Positions 10,413 to 19,038 of a DNA stretch of 64,000 bases are shown one piece after another. A program made the position numbers and the translations under genes. The notes beneath the pieces were generated by a model, which was not told where the DNA came from, did no database searches, and saw only the letters and a list, made by a program, of their open reading frames with translations. Source of the DNA: Minisyncoccota bacterium (GTDB lineage Bacteria > Patescibacteriota > Microgenomatia > UBA1400 > PJMF01); NCBI GenBank assembly GCA_018657765.1, contig JABHWM010000020.1:18786-82785 (forward strand). Direction: 5' to 3'. Every line of letters starts with the position of its first letter. Within the stretch, counting starts at the first letter, position 1.

Positions 10413-11232
10413 TAATCTTAATTCCATTAATTTTTCTTTGATTATGAGTACTAGAAAAAAACTAGTCACTGCTATCTCCCTTGGAATAACTAGCTTTATT
10501 CTCTTGATTCTAACTTATACCCAAATAACAGCTATTTTTGAAACAAGAAGAAAAATAGAGATTACCCAAAAAAAAGTTGATCAATTAAATGCAAAAACTA
10601 CAGAGTTACAACAACTAAAATTCACACCAGAATATGCTCAAGCAAGTAGAATGAGTGAAGTTTTACCTTCATATAAACCACTACTAGAGCTTCTCAATAA
10701 TCTAAATTCTGTTGCCAATAAAACAAATGTTTCTATTACTGAATTTCAGATAAACCCAGGTGAAATCATTACTGAAGAAGAAGGAAAAACCAAGGTATTG
10801 GTGAAAAAAAAGCAATCAGCAGAATACGACCAATTAAATCTAGAACTTAGTATTCTAGGGGAGCTAAATCAAGTAAAAGAGTTTATGAATCTGATAGAAC
10901 GTGTATCCCCGTTAACAACTATTACTAGCCTGACTATAGATAGAAAAACAACTAGTTTTACTACAGAGGACCAGCAACTTACCAGAGCTGACCTGTTTCT
11001 TAATACTTATTACTACACAAAGCCTATTTCTTCGACTCTGTCTTCTGCATTACCAGATATCACTGTAGAAGAAAAAGATATTTTTCAAGAAATTCTAGAC
11101 TTTACCCCTCCAGAAGTAGAGAGTCAGACTCAGATTATTGGCGGGAACAACACAGACTTATTTGGAATAGATGGATTAGCTGTTAGTGATCTAGAAAAAC
11201 AAATAGAAAAAGAATTAACTTTTACAGAATAA
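10396..11232 (+). CDS. PilO-like bitopic pilus assembly protein
   Basis: Single TM helix, then a coiled-coil segment (RRKIEITQKKVDQLNAKTTELQQL). Overlaps the pilN stop by 17 nt, which suggests translational coupling. Confidence 0.45.
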   Translation: MMATLNNLNSINFSLIMSTRKKLVTAISLGITSFILLILTYTQITAIFETRRKIEITQKKVDQLNAKTTELQQLKFTPEYAQASRMSEVLPSYKPLLELLNNLNSVANKTNVSITEFQINPGEIITEEEGKTKVLVKKKQSAEYDQLNLELSILGELNQVKEFMNLIERVSPLTTITSLTIDRKTTSFTTEDQQLTRADLFLNTYYYTKPISSTLSSALPDITVEEKDIFQEILDFTPPEVESQTQIIGGNNTDLFGIDGLAVSDLEKQIEKELTFTE

Positions 11233-11259
11233 AATTAAAAAATAAAATAAATAGAGAAA

Positions 11260-11490
11260 TTACTCAACAATCTCGACTCTTACTTGAAGGTCTTCTTGAG
11301 CTGCTTTGACTTGAACTAGTTTTCTGATTGCTTTGATGACTTTACCACCTTTGCCGATAACTCTACCCATGTCTTCTTGATTTACAGTAATCTGTAATAA
11401 CAAGCCATTTTCATTTTCTTCTTCTGAGACCTGAAGTTCCTCAGGATAATCAATTAAACGTACTAATAAATATTCAACAAAATTCTTCAT
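11260..11490 (-). CDS. KH-domain RNA-binding protein (YlqC/UPF0109 family)
   Basis: 76 aa with the GRVIGKGGKVIKAIRKLV (GxxG KH) motif. Lies downstream of rpsP, the usual synteny. Confidence 0.8.
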   Translation of the reverse strand: MKNFVEYLLVRLIDYPEELQVSEEENENGLLLQITVNQEDMGRVIGKGGKVIKAIRKLVQVKAAQEDLQVRVEIVE

Positions 11491-11573
11491 GATTTCCTTT
11501 TATATTCTTGATTGTTTTTTTATAGTAAAGTATTTTTTCTCAAAAGAATAGAGAAAAATAAATAATTCTTCAA

Positions 11574-12041
11574 TTATTTTGCAGGAGCTTCTGCTTTTTC
11601 TTCTGTTTTAACCTCTGCAGTTTTTTCCTTAACAGGAGCATCAGTTACTGGAGTTGCTTCTGGAGCAGCTTCTTTAACTTCAACAGCTTCTGCTGGTTTC
11701 TCTTCTACAGGATTATTCTTTGCTTCTTCTGCGGCTTCTTTTGCTGCAGCTAACTTTGTTTTTGCTTTACGAGAAAGCTTTGCTTTCTTTGGAGGAAAAG
11801 GATTACCAGATTCAAAACGAGTAAAAAGAGCAGCTACTGTATCAGTAGGTTGTGCACCTTTGGTAAGCCAATCTTTATATGCTTCTACATTGAATTCCAA
11901 TATTTTTGGTTCCTGCATTGGAGCATAACGACCCACTTGAGCAGTGTATTTTCCATCTCTCTTATCTCTAGCTTCGTTGATTACTATACGATAATGTGGC
12001 TGTTTTCTTTTTCCAAAACGAGCAAGTTTTATTTTCAACAT
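11574..12041 (-). CDS. rpsP: 30S ribosomal protein S16 with ~70-aa A/E/K/P-rich C-terminal extension
   Basis: MLKIKLARFGKRKQPHYRIVI.. is the canonical S16 N-terminus. Total length is 155 aa. Confidence 0.9.
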   Translation of the reverse strand: MLKIKLARFGKRKQPHYRIVINEARDKRDGKYTAQVGRYAPMQEPKILEFNVEAYKDWLTKGAQPTDTVAALFTRFESGNPFPPKKAKLSRKAKTKLAAAKEAAEEAKNNPVEEKPAEAVEVKEAAPEATPVTDAPVKEKTAEVKTEEKAEAPAK

Positions 12042-12230
12042 ATTTTTATTTTCTTTTTTTATATCTTCTAGATTCTTTGATTATCTTGATGATATTTTTA
12101 CTCTTCTTATTTATAAGAGTGTTTATTAATATTTATTAAGCCTGCTAAGTTCATTATGCTCCAGAGAAAGGAACATAAATATCATAGGAGAGGATTGTAC
12201 CCTTTTTTTGTAAAATTCTCAAGACAGATG

Positions 12231-12899
12231 TCAAGATTTGTCAAAATCTTCTAAAGCCTGAAAAGCAGCCTCTTGTTGAGCAAGTTGTTTTGTCTTACCT
12301 GTTCCTTCACCCATAACCTTTTTATCAACCAAAACTTGGACAGTAAAAACCTTGTTATGATCTGGACCTTCTTCACTAATCACCTCATAGTCAGGAGTTA
12401 ATAAACCTTTGGCCTGAACAATTTCTTGCAACAAGCTTTTACTATCTTTATATAATTTCTTTTCTTTTATTTCTGCAAATTTGGGAAATAAGTATTTATG
12501 TAAAAATTTCTTTACTGCGTCAAAACCCTGATCTAAATAAATAGCTCCAATGACAGATTCACAAACATCAGCAAGTAAACCATCATTTTCTCTACCACCA
12601 GTAGCTTCTTCACCTTTACTCATGTACATTTTTTCACCAAGTTTTAATTCTCTAGAGACATTTGCCAAAGTAGTTGTTTTTACCAAAGCACTTCTATAAG
12701 AGGTAAGAACACCTTCTGGTTCTGTAGGATGTTCTTCAAATAAAAACTCTGTTGTAGCCAGCTCAAGAACTGCATCACCCAAAAATTCTAGTCTTTCATA
12801 TGACTCTGAAGAAGTGGTCCCAGAACTTGACTCATTAAGAGAACTCCTGTGAGAAAGAGCTGTTGTCAACAAAGCTTCGTTTTTGAATGAAGGTAACAT
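12231..12899 (-). CDS. rnc: Ribonuclease III
   Basis: ERLEFLGDAVLEL signature and a C-terminal dsRBD (GEGTGKTKQLAQQEAA). Confidence 0.9.
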   Translation of the reverse strand: MLPSFKNEALLTTALSHRSSLNESSSGTTSSESYERLEFLGDAVLELATTEFLFEEHPTEPEGVLTSYRSALVKTTTLANVSRELKLGEKMYMSKGEEATGGRENDGLLADVCESVIGAIYLDQGFDAVKKFLHKYLFPKFAEIKEKKLYKDSKSLLQEIVQAKGLLTPDYEVISEEGPDHNKVFTVQVLVDKKVMGEGTGKTKQLAQQEAAFQALEDFDKS

Positions 12900-12901
12900 A
12901 T

Positions 12902-13189
12902 TTATCCTAACTCTACTTCTTCCTCAACTAATTTTGCTAATTGTTCTACAGAATCTTCTGCTTCTTCTAGCTCATTAAGAACATGATAAATTTCTAGTTC
13001 AATCTCGAAGGATTGATTGATAACTGCAATAAGTCTAGGAAAATCTTCTTCTAGATTAATTCCCAAGTCTTCTTCTAATAGGGAAGTTGTAAAAATCTCT
13101 TCAACAGAATGACCCGTTGCAAAAGCCAGTAGCTCTCTGAGTTTCTTGAATACTTCGTTTTCTTGGTTATCTTCTACTTTATTTTCCAC
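12902..13189 (-). CDS. Acyl-carrier-protein-like small acidic protein lacking the phosphopantetheine Ser
   Basis: 95 aa. [38 protein letters not shown] aligns by eye to ACP helices I-III (..[21 protein letters not shown]..), but DSL is replaced by NLE. Lies immediately upstream of rnc. Confidence 0.5.
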   Translation of the reverse strand: MENKVEDNQENEVFKKLRELLAFATGHSVEEIFTTSLLEEDLGINLEEDFPRLIAVINQSFEIELEIYHVLNELEEAEDSVEQLAKLVEEEVELG

Positions 13190-13571
13190 TGGTTTCCTCC
13201 ATTAGTACTTTTCCTAAAACTCCATTTACAAACTTCGGTGAGCTATCTGAGCCATATTCCTTGGCCAACTCAATAGCTTCATCAATCAAGACTTTTTTGG
13301 GTGTTTTTTTTGTTTGTGATTCATGAATAATCAAGCGCATAACAGATAGATCTACCTGATTAATCTCTGTAAGAGGTCTCTCCGGGGCATGTAAAGCTAT
13401 CTCTTTATCAAGAATCTCTGCTTTTGCGATAACCTCACGAGCTTCTTCTAAGTAAGAAAGTTTAGGAAGATCCTGAACTTCTTCTCCTGAGAACGTAATC
13501 GCAAAAATAGTCTGCATGAGCTGCGCTCTTTTCTCATGTCTTGGATCAATCTTATCTATTTTATCTGTCAT
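13179..13571 (-). CDS. nusB: Transcription antitermination factor NusB
   Basis: [28 protein letters not shown] is the conserved NusB C-terminal motif. 130 aa. Confidence 0.8.
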   Translation of the reverse strand: MTDKIDKIDPRHEKRAQLMQTIFAITFSGEEVQDLPKLSYLEEAREVIAKAEILDKEIALHAPERPLTEINQVDLSVMRLIIHESQTKKTPKKVLIDEAIELAKEYGSDSSPKFVNGVLGKVLMEETSGK

Positions 13572-13742
13572 ATATATCTTACGTTTTTTCTGTATTTTGA
13601 AAATAAAAAATAACCTAGTAACTGTAGACTACAAGTTTCTAATTACAAACACAATTAGCACTCAATTTCTATGATTAGAGTAGGGGAGTATTTTCTAAAA
13701 ATCAATAACTAATTAAACTCTATCCCAAAATAAGTTTAGAGA

Positions 13743-13931
13743 TTATTTAGTTGCAGTTTTTTTATTTTGATTTTTCTTGCTTGAAAAAAGCTTTGAAAAA
13801 CTAGCCATTAAGCCTCTTTTATGAAGAGGTACTTTTGTAACACGAACGTCTTTTTTTAGTTTTGGTCTGTTTCCAGCACGACGTTTACCGCGTTCTACAC
13901 TAGTGATTTTATTTTTTGGTACTGCTCCCAT
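13743..13931 (-). CDS. rpmF: 50S ribosomal protein L32
   Basis: MGAVPKNKITSVERGKRRA matches the L32 N-terminal signature (AVPKxKxSxxRxxxRR). Has a basic tail. Confidence 0.7.
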   Translation of the reverse strand: MGAVPKNKITSVERGKRRAGNRPKLKKDVRVTKVPLHKRGLMASFSKLFSSKKNQNKKTATK

Positions 13932-14214
13932 AATTTCTTTCTTTGCTTTTTCAAAAGCCAGTCGTTGTATTTCTATATTTAGAAAATTTGAGTTCTATCT
14001 ATATTTTACTACAGATATTATATTTTACTTCAATAACTGAAAAGAAGAATTGTAACGTTAAAAAAAAGAAAAATCAAGCTCATAATAGAAAATTTACAAG
14101 GACTCTTATTTTTTAATAAAAAATTGGCTTTAATTAGATGTTTATTGATTAAATAAAAATAAGTTGAAGTCCCATATTTTTTATACCAATGATACTAAAA
14201 AGTATAGAAAATAC

Positions 14215-14243
14215 TTGCAAAAACCTACTTTTGGATTTATAAT
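14215..14243 (+). promoter_or_regulatory. Near-consensus sigma70-type promoter (TTGCAA-17 nt-TATAAT)
   Basis: -35 TTGCAA at 14215-14220, a 17-nt spacer, and -10 TATAAT at 14238-14243. Lies in a 442-bp AT-rich intergenic region upstream of the 14374 gene. A 7-bp hairpin (14312-14318 / 14330-14336) lies in the putative 5' UTR. Confidence 0.5.
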
Positions 14244-14373
14244 ACTTCTTTAGACTCTGAAATATATTGTTTTATATAGTTTGGAGATTTGTACAAATAA
14301 TTATAAGTAAGCACTACTGGATATCAAAAAGTAGTGAAATTACAAACAAGTTTTATTTGAAAACTCAGGTAAC

Positions 14374-16458
14374 TTGTTAGAAAAAATACAAAACATGTCT
14401 AAAATTTTTTTTGATAGATCCCCAGGAAAACCAACTGATCGTGAACTACTAGCTGCCTTCGGTGGTAGAGGTAGAGACGCCCGTTTAAAAACAAGAGCTA
14501 ATGTTCGCTCTATGGAAAAATCTAGACAAGCTCAAGAATCTGTGGAAAGTTTGCCTGGATATAAGAAGGTTCATCTTTATGCAGACCCAAGATTAGTAGA
14601 TCAGGTTTTAAATACTTTAGAAGAAAACTTTGCTGCAATGGAATCTGCAAGATTAAGTAAAGCAAAAGCTCAATTAACTTGGGAAGCTGCACGGAGAGTT
14701 GCCAAAAAAGCTGAAGAGGCTGGAATAACTCCAGCAGAATTAAGTGCTGCTGCAAATAGTGAAAAACCAAATAGGCTTTTTTCGAAGTTTGCATCAATTA
14801 TAGAGAAAATTGGAGATACTCTAGAACCAAAACTTGTCTACAAATTAGCTGCTCCTATTTTAACCTTTGCTTTTATTTTATCTGCTTGTGGTGGTGAAGC
14901 TACTGCAACAGAAGAGCCAGATGTAAAGCCTGGAGTAACAATAGTAGCAGAGGTACCTCCAACAGCAGTAAAACCTCCTACAGAAAAAGCTCCGGCCCCT
15001 GCTATAGCTACTAGTATCCCTATGTCAGATGTTAATCTGACTTACTCTTCACAATACTCAGGGTACGAATTGGAAGCACAAGTTTTTGTTGCAAACAACT
15101 GGCCAGCTAGTCTATCTGGTGAAGCTCTTGGACAATTTGGAAGTGTGGCCTTAATTTCTAACTATGAAGTTGCAGACATTTCAAATAATCCTAGAGGTCT
15201 TATCCTCAAAATAATTGGTGAGGGTTGGCCTGAAGGAACTCATGTAATGGAATCTCCTTTTAAACCAGGAGAGCTACTATTTATGACAACTAGTTATGCT
15301 AGTGAACAACTAGGAGTAGAAGTAGCTAGTTTTGAAATAGGTGCTGACGGAAAGCCTGTTGCTGTAGATAGCAATGGAAATGTTGTGGGGTATATAAAAT
15401 ATAACGAAGATGGTACTACCTCGTATATCCTTGGGGGGAAAGATAAAGCTCCAAATGCTGTGGTTATAGAAAAAGATTACTTTGAGATGAGTATTGAGCA
15501 AAGATGGGAACACACAGCTTCATTCACAAATGAAATAAATAATGGTTTCACTGGTCTATTAGAAATAATTCCCGATCCTGATGTAGTACTTAATACAAAT
15601 CCAACAGATCCTTCTGTTTACTGGAATCCCACAACAAATAAATGGGAGTATGAAAATGAAGGTAATACAAATCAACTTGATAAAACTGGTGAAAGTTTTG
15701 GTGGTATGGTAGCGGATACAATAGAGACAGATGATGGTAACTTTATAATAAAAGACCCAGAAACTGGAGTAGAAATGACCTTTCCAGGAACAGTCTTTTT
15801 ACCTGGATTTGGAGAAATTTCACTAAAAGAGATAGCTGCAATGAATAATGAAGAATTTGGTACTAAATTAGTAGACGCTTTAATAGAAAAAGCACCAGCA
15901 GAATCAAATCCTATTTTTCTAAGCAGAACAGATAGTGTCAAAGATGATTCTGTATTTTTACCTGGATTTGTAGTTGGAACTCCAGAAGAAGATTATCCTT
16001 TAGCTGGTGGATTAAAACCAGGTGTTAACAGATCCGAAAGTGATATAGCATTTTATCAAATAGATAGTAATGACTTTTATAATCTTACTTTCAGCCCAGA
16101 GACAGGTGAAGTAATGTTTTCTGTTAAAACAAAACAAGTTAACCCTATTAGTACTTTAAATATTACTTACTCTCCAGATGGATCAACTGATTTTCAGACA
16201 AAATCTTATGGAACTACTGATAATTTTGGAATGAACGGGAAAGATGAATTTGCTGTACTTATAGAACATCATGTTCCAATAGTGTCACATAATGAAGGCG
16301 GGGGAGTTCCTGTATTACAAGGAAATCAGGGAATTTTTGGTCCAGAAGAGTTTCTTACAATGTTCTCATTTAGCTCTGAACAAGAGATTATAGATTTTGC
16401 AAAACAATATAAACTAGCAGTGTCATATGCTTTTAGAATAGCATCTCCAAAAAGATAG
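14374..16458 (+). CDS. Hypothetical bitopic envelope protein (N-terminal ~155-aa cytoplasmic region, TM with lipobox-like ILSAC, ~520-aa external domain)
   Basis: Long uninterrupted ORF with TTG start (alternative ATG at 14395). The only hydrophobic segment is LAAPILTFAFILSAC|GG (Cys172 codon at 14887-14889). No recognisable family motifs. Confidence 0.7.
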   Translation: MLEKIQNMSKIFFDRSPGKPTDRELLAAFGGRGRDARLKTRANVRSMEKSRQAQESVESLPGYKKVHLYADPRLVDQVLNTLEENFAAMESARLSKAKAQLTWEAARRVAKKAEEAGITPAELSAAANSEKPNRLFSKFASIIEKIGDTLEPKLVYKLAAPILTFAFILSACGGEATATEEPDVKPGVTIVAEVPPTAVKPPTEKAPAPAIATSIPMSDVNLTYSSQYSGYELEAQVFVANNWPASLSGEALGQFGSVALISNYEVADISNNPRGLILKIIGEGWPEGTHVMESPFKPGELLFMTTSYASEQLGVEVASFEIGADGKPVAVDSNGNVVGYIKYNEDGTTSYILGGKDKAPNAVVIEKDYFEMSIEQRWEHTASFTNEINNGFTGLLEIIPDPDVVLNTNPTDPSVYWNPTTNKWEYENEGNTNQLDKTGESFGGMVADTIETDDGNFIIKDPETGVEMTFPGTVFLPGFGEISLKEIAAMNNEEFGTKLVDALIEKAPAESNPIFLSRTDSVKDDSVFLPGFVVGTPEEDYPLAGGLKPGVNRSESDIAFYQIDSNDFYNLTFSPETGEVMFSVKTKQVNPISTLNITYSPDGSTDFQTKSYGTTDNFGMNGKDEFAVLIEHHVPIVSHNEGGGVPVLQGNQGIFGPEEFLTMFSFSSEQEIIDFAKQYKLAVSYAFRIASPKR

Positions 16459-16514
16459 ACCTAATATTTTTTATTCCCTTGCTTCTCAGGGTCATTTATT
16501 GCTAAAATGAACTT

Positions 16515-17162
16515 GTGGAAAATGAAAATATTAAAACTCTAACTGATCCAAAGCAAAAACAGGTATTATCTTTTTTTATTATAACTCTGATATTTTTTGT
16601 CGGTGTTTTATCTTTATATATATTTCTTTTTCTTAAAAAGAATAAAACTATAACAACTAAACCTACCCGGATAGAACGACCAGAAACGGAGTTCTTTGAA
16701 AAGAAATCACCTAACTCTGAGATTATCAAAACTACAGAAAATCCAAAAAACATAGTCCTTACTGACTTAGATTTGGCTCAAGATGACACTCAATCTATTG
16801 GTAAAGTTCTTCAGGGATATTCTGATAGTTATGATCCTAGTCAGCAAATATTTAAATTAAAAAATAAGCTAGTAAGAAGTACTACTCTACAACTGTTAGA
16901 AACTAGTACCAAAGAGATAACTCAATTCTATTGCTGGCCAGATACAATCTCTAGTAAAAATGGACCAGTGGAAGTTCAATCGCTACAAATATTTGTGGAA
17001 CCAGATGGTAGAGATGTAATAATGCCAACAGAAAAAATCATACCTTTGGATCAATTAGAAATATTTTTGAAAAAAGATCATTATATTATTCTTCAACTCA
17101 AACAAATATTCGATATAAATAAAACCAATGCTATTCAAAAATTAATTATAGTAGGCTGCTAG
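16515..17162 (+). CDS. Hypothetical membrane-anchored protein
   Basis: GTG start and one N-terminal TM helix (VLSFFIITLIFFVGVLSLYIFLFL). Same strand as, and tightly spaced with, its neighbours. Confidence 0.5.
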   Translation: MENENIKTLTDPKQKQVLSFFIITLIFFVGVLSLYIFLFLKKNKTITTKPTRIERPETEFFEKKSPNSEIIKTTENPKNIVLTDLDLAQDDTQSIGKVLQGYSDSYDPSQQIFKLKNKLVRSTTLQLLETSTKEITQFYCWPDTISSKNGPVEVQSLQIFVEPDGRDVIMPTEKIIPLDQLEIFLKKDHYIILQLKQIFDINKTNAIQKLIIVGC

Positions 17163-17168
17163 TAATAT

Positions 17169-19019
17169 ATGAAACAATTAAAATTATTTTTTACTATTTT
17201 TCTAAGCGTATTTTTCCTAGTAATTACATCTTTACCTAGAAAAAAATTTTCAAATAAAGTTTATGCTGCTTGCCCTGGTAACAGTAGCTGTTCATCTGAT
17301 GGCTGTGGAGTAGAATCATTACAATATACAGGTACCTTTGATGATGGATCTTCAACCCTCACCTGTACATATGATCCAGACTATTGTCAAAGTCCTGACG
17401 CTGCAACAACTGTTCCATGTCCAGATTCAGCCGATTGCCCAGCTGCATGTGAACCATGTGGTTGTACACCAGATCCAACTGATCCTTATGATACTTGTAG
17501 TTGTCCTGACTGTGATGCCAATGATCCTGATGCTGGCTGTAATCTTCCAGGTGCCTGGGATGGAGTCTGTTTTGAGGGTGGAGTAAATGATGGCTGTATT
17601 GACGATCAACATTGTATAACTTCTAATGACGGAGGAGCTTGTTTCATAAATAACGTAGATGTCTACTGCTCTGCTGGTTGTGCTGCAGGACCAACCCCTA
17701 CCTCTGGACCAGGACCAACCTCACCACCTGGAGTCACTCCCACACCCACCCCAGGCCCTCGTACCTTCCAAGGAAACTTCTACGAAGATGCAGATGCTAC
17801 AACAACCGGTATAGGAGGTACAGATAATCTCTGTACAGGACTTACCACAGCTCCTATAGTTCCAGCTATTTACATGCCTGGCTCAGAAGTCTCTGCTACT
17901 AGAACTGGTGGAGAGTCACAATCTGTATTAGCAGATACAGCCTATTACTCCATCACCACCAACACCTCCAACTCTGACTACACCGTAGCTCTCCAACTTC
18001 CATTCCCACCACCAGATCCAGACAATGCCTGGCAGTGTGCTTGTAATGCAGATCCTGGTGACCCATATCGCTGTCTTTATACAAATCAGACTCCTTCTGA
18101 CTTTGCTGTTGCTAACTTCTTCCTCAAACAAGCCAATATTGCAGATGCAGCTTGGTTCCAGACTCTAGGGGGTAGCTCTTGGGCAGCAAATAATATTGAA
18201 TCACTCATACCAACTAGTACCTGTACACCACCTAGCTGTTCTCCAGCATTAATATCTAGTGATCCAGCTGGTAATTCTGATAGTGCCGGATTCCCTCTTA
18301 CAGAGTCTGGAAGTGTCTCAACTAGTATCAGTGGTGATAACTATATTCATGAAGCAACAGATAGAACAACTGCTGTTCAAGCACAAGCCACAGGTGTATC
18401 TGTTCCTACAGAGAACTATGATTACTTCTTTGATAAAGTAGGGGACCAAGCTGAAACTCTTGCTACTGCTGCCAAGCCAATAGTAGGAACTGAACTGGGA
18501 ATCTATCAACATACAGGTAACCTAGTCATTGATGAAAATAATCCATGGAACTTAACAAATACAGAAAGAATTATTGTCTTTGTAGATGGAGATATAACTA
18601 TTGATGATACAGTCGCTGGTGAAAATAGAATTACTACTGTAGCCACTGGCGGTAATGCCTACCTAATGTTTATTTCTAGTGGAGATATAACTGTTACAGC
18701 GGATGTTGGTTACAGTAATATTGCCACAGATCCAACCACTGCAGATATCTCAAATCTAGAAGGTGTTTTCATTGCAGATGGAACCCTAACCATTGCTGGA
18801 ACAGATAGCACTACAGATCGTAAATTCATCGGTGCTGGTACTTTTGTAGGCTGGAGTGGAATAGCTTTGGGACGTAACTTTGATGATGGAGCAAGCCCAA
18901 CTCTCAATGATGATGAAGCTACAGAAACATTTATCTTTAGACCAGACTTCTTGGTAAATACTCCAAAAGCAATAAAATCTGCTCAAATGACCTGGAGAGA
19001 AGTAGAACCTAGTTTCTAA
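17169..19019 (+). CDS. Secreted protein: signal peptide + 20-Cys/Asp-rich module + Pro/Thr linker + ~420-aa conserved domain (paralog A)
   Basis: Signal peptide ending KVYA|A. 20 Cys in residues 35-171 (nt 17271-17681). Linker GPTPTSGPGPTSPPGVTPTPTPGP. The C-terminal domain is colinear with the next gene. Confidence 0.8.
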   Translation: MKQLKLFFTIFLSVFFLVITSLPRKKFSNKVYAACPGNSSCSSDGCGVESLQYTGTFDDGSSTLTCTYDPDYCQSPDAATTVPCPDSADCPAACEPCGCTPDPTDPYDTCSCPDCDANDPDAGCNLPGAWDGVCFEGGVNDGCIDDQHCITSNDGGACFINNVDVYCSAGCAAGPTPTSGPGPTSPPGVTPTPTPGPRTFQGNFYEDADATTTGIGGTDNLCTGLTTAPIVPAIYMPGSEVSATRTGGESQSVLADTAYYSITTNTSNSDYTVALQLPFPPPDPDNAWQCACNADPGDPYRCLYTNQTPSDFAVANFFLKQANIADAAWFQTLGGSSWAANNIESLIPTSTCTPPSCSPALISSDPAGNSDSAGFPLTESGSVSTSISGDNYIHEATDRTTAVQAQATGVSVPTENYDYFFDKVGDQAETLATAAKPIVGTELGIYQHTGNLVIDENNPWNLTNTERIIVFVDGDITIDDTVAGENRITTVATGGNAYLMFISSGDITVTADVGYSNIATDPTTADISNLEGVFIADGTLTIAGTDSTTDRKFIGAGTFVGWSGIALGRNFDDGASPTLNDDEATETFIFRPDFLVNTPKAIKSAQMTWREVEPSF

Positions 19020-19038
19020 CCTGGTATAAATTAAAAAT

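Noticed and set aside
17338-18986. Seven short ORFs on both strands inside the 17169-19019 gene (17338-17586, 17427-17612, 17928-18131, 18259-18441, 18318-18512, 18710-18907 and 18786-18986)
   Set aside because: All overlap the long ORF, whose protein has a clear paralog next door. None has start-site context or recognisable sequence.
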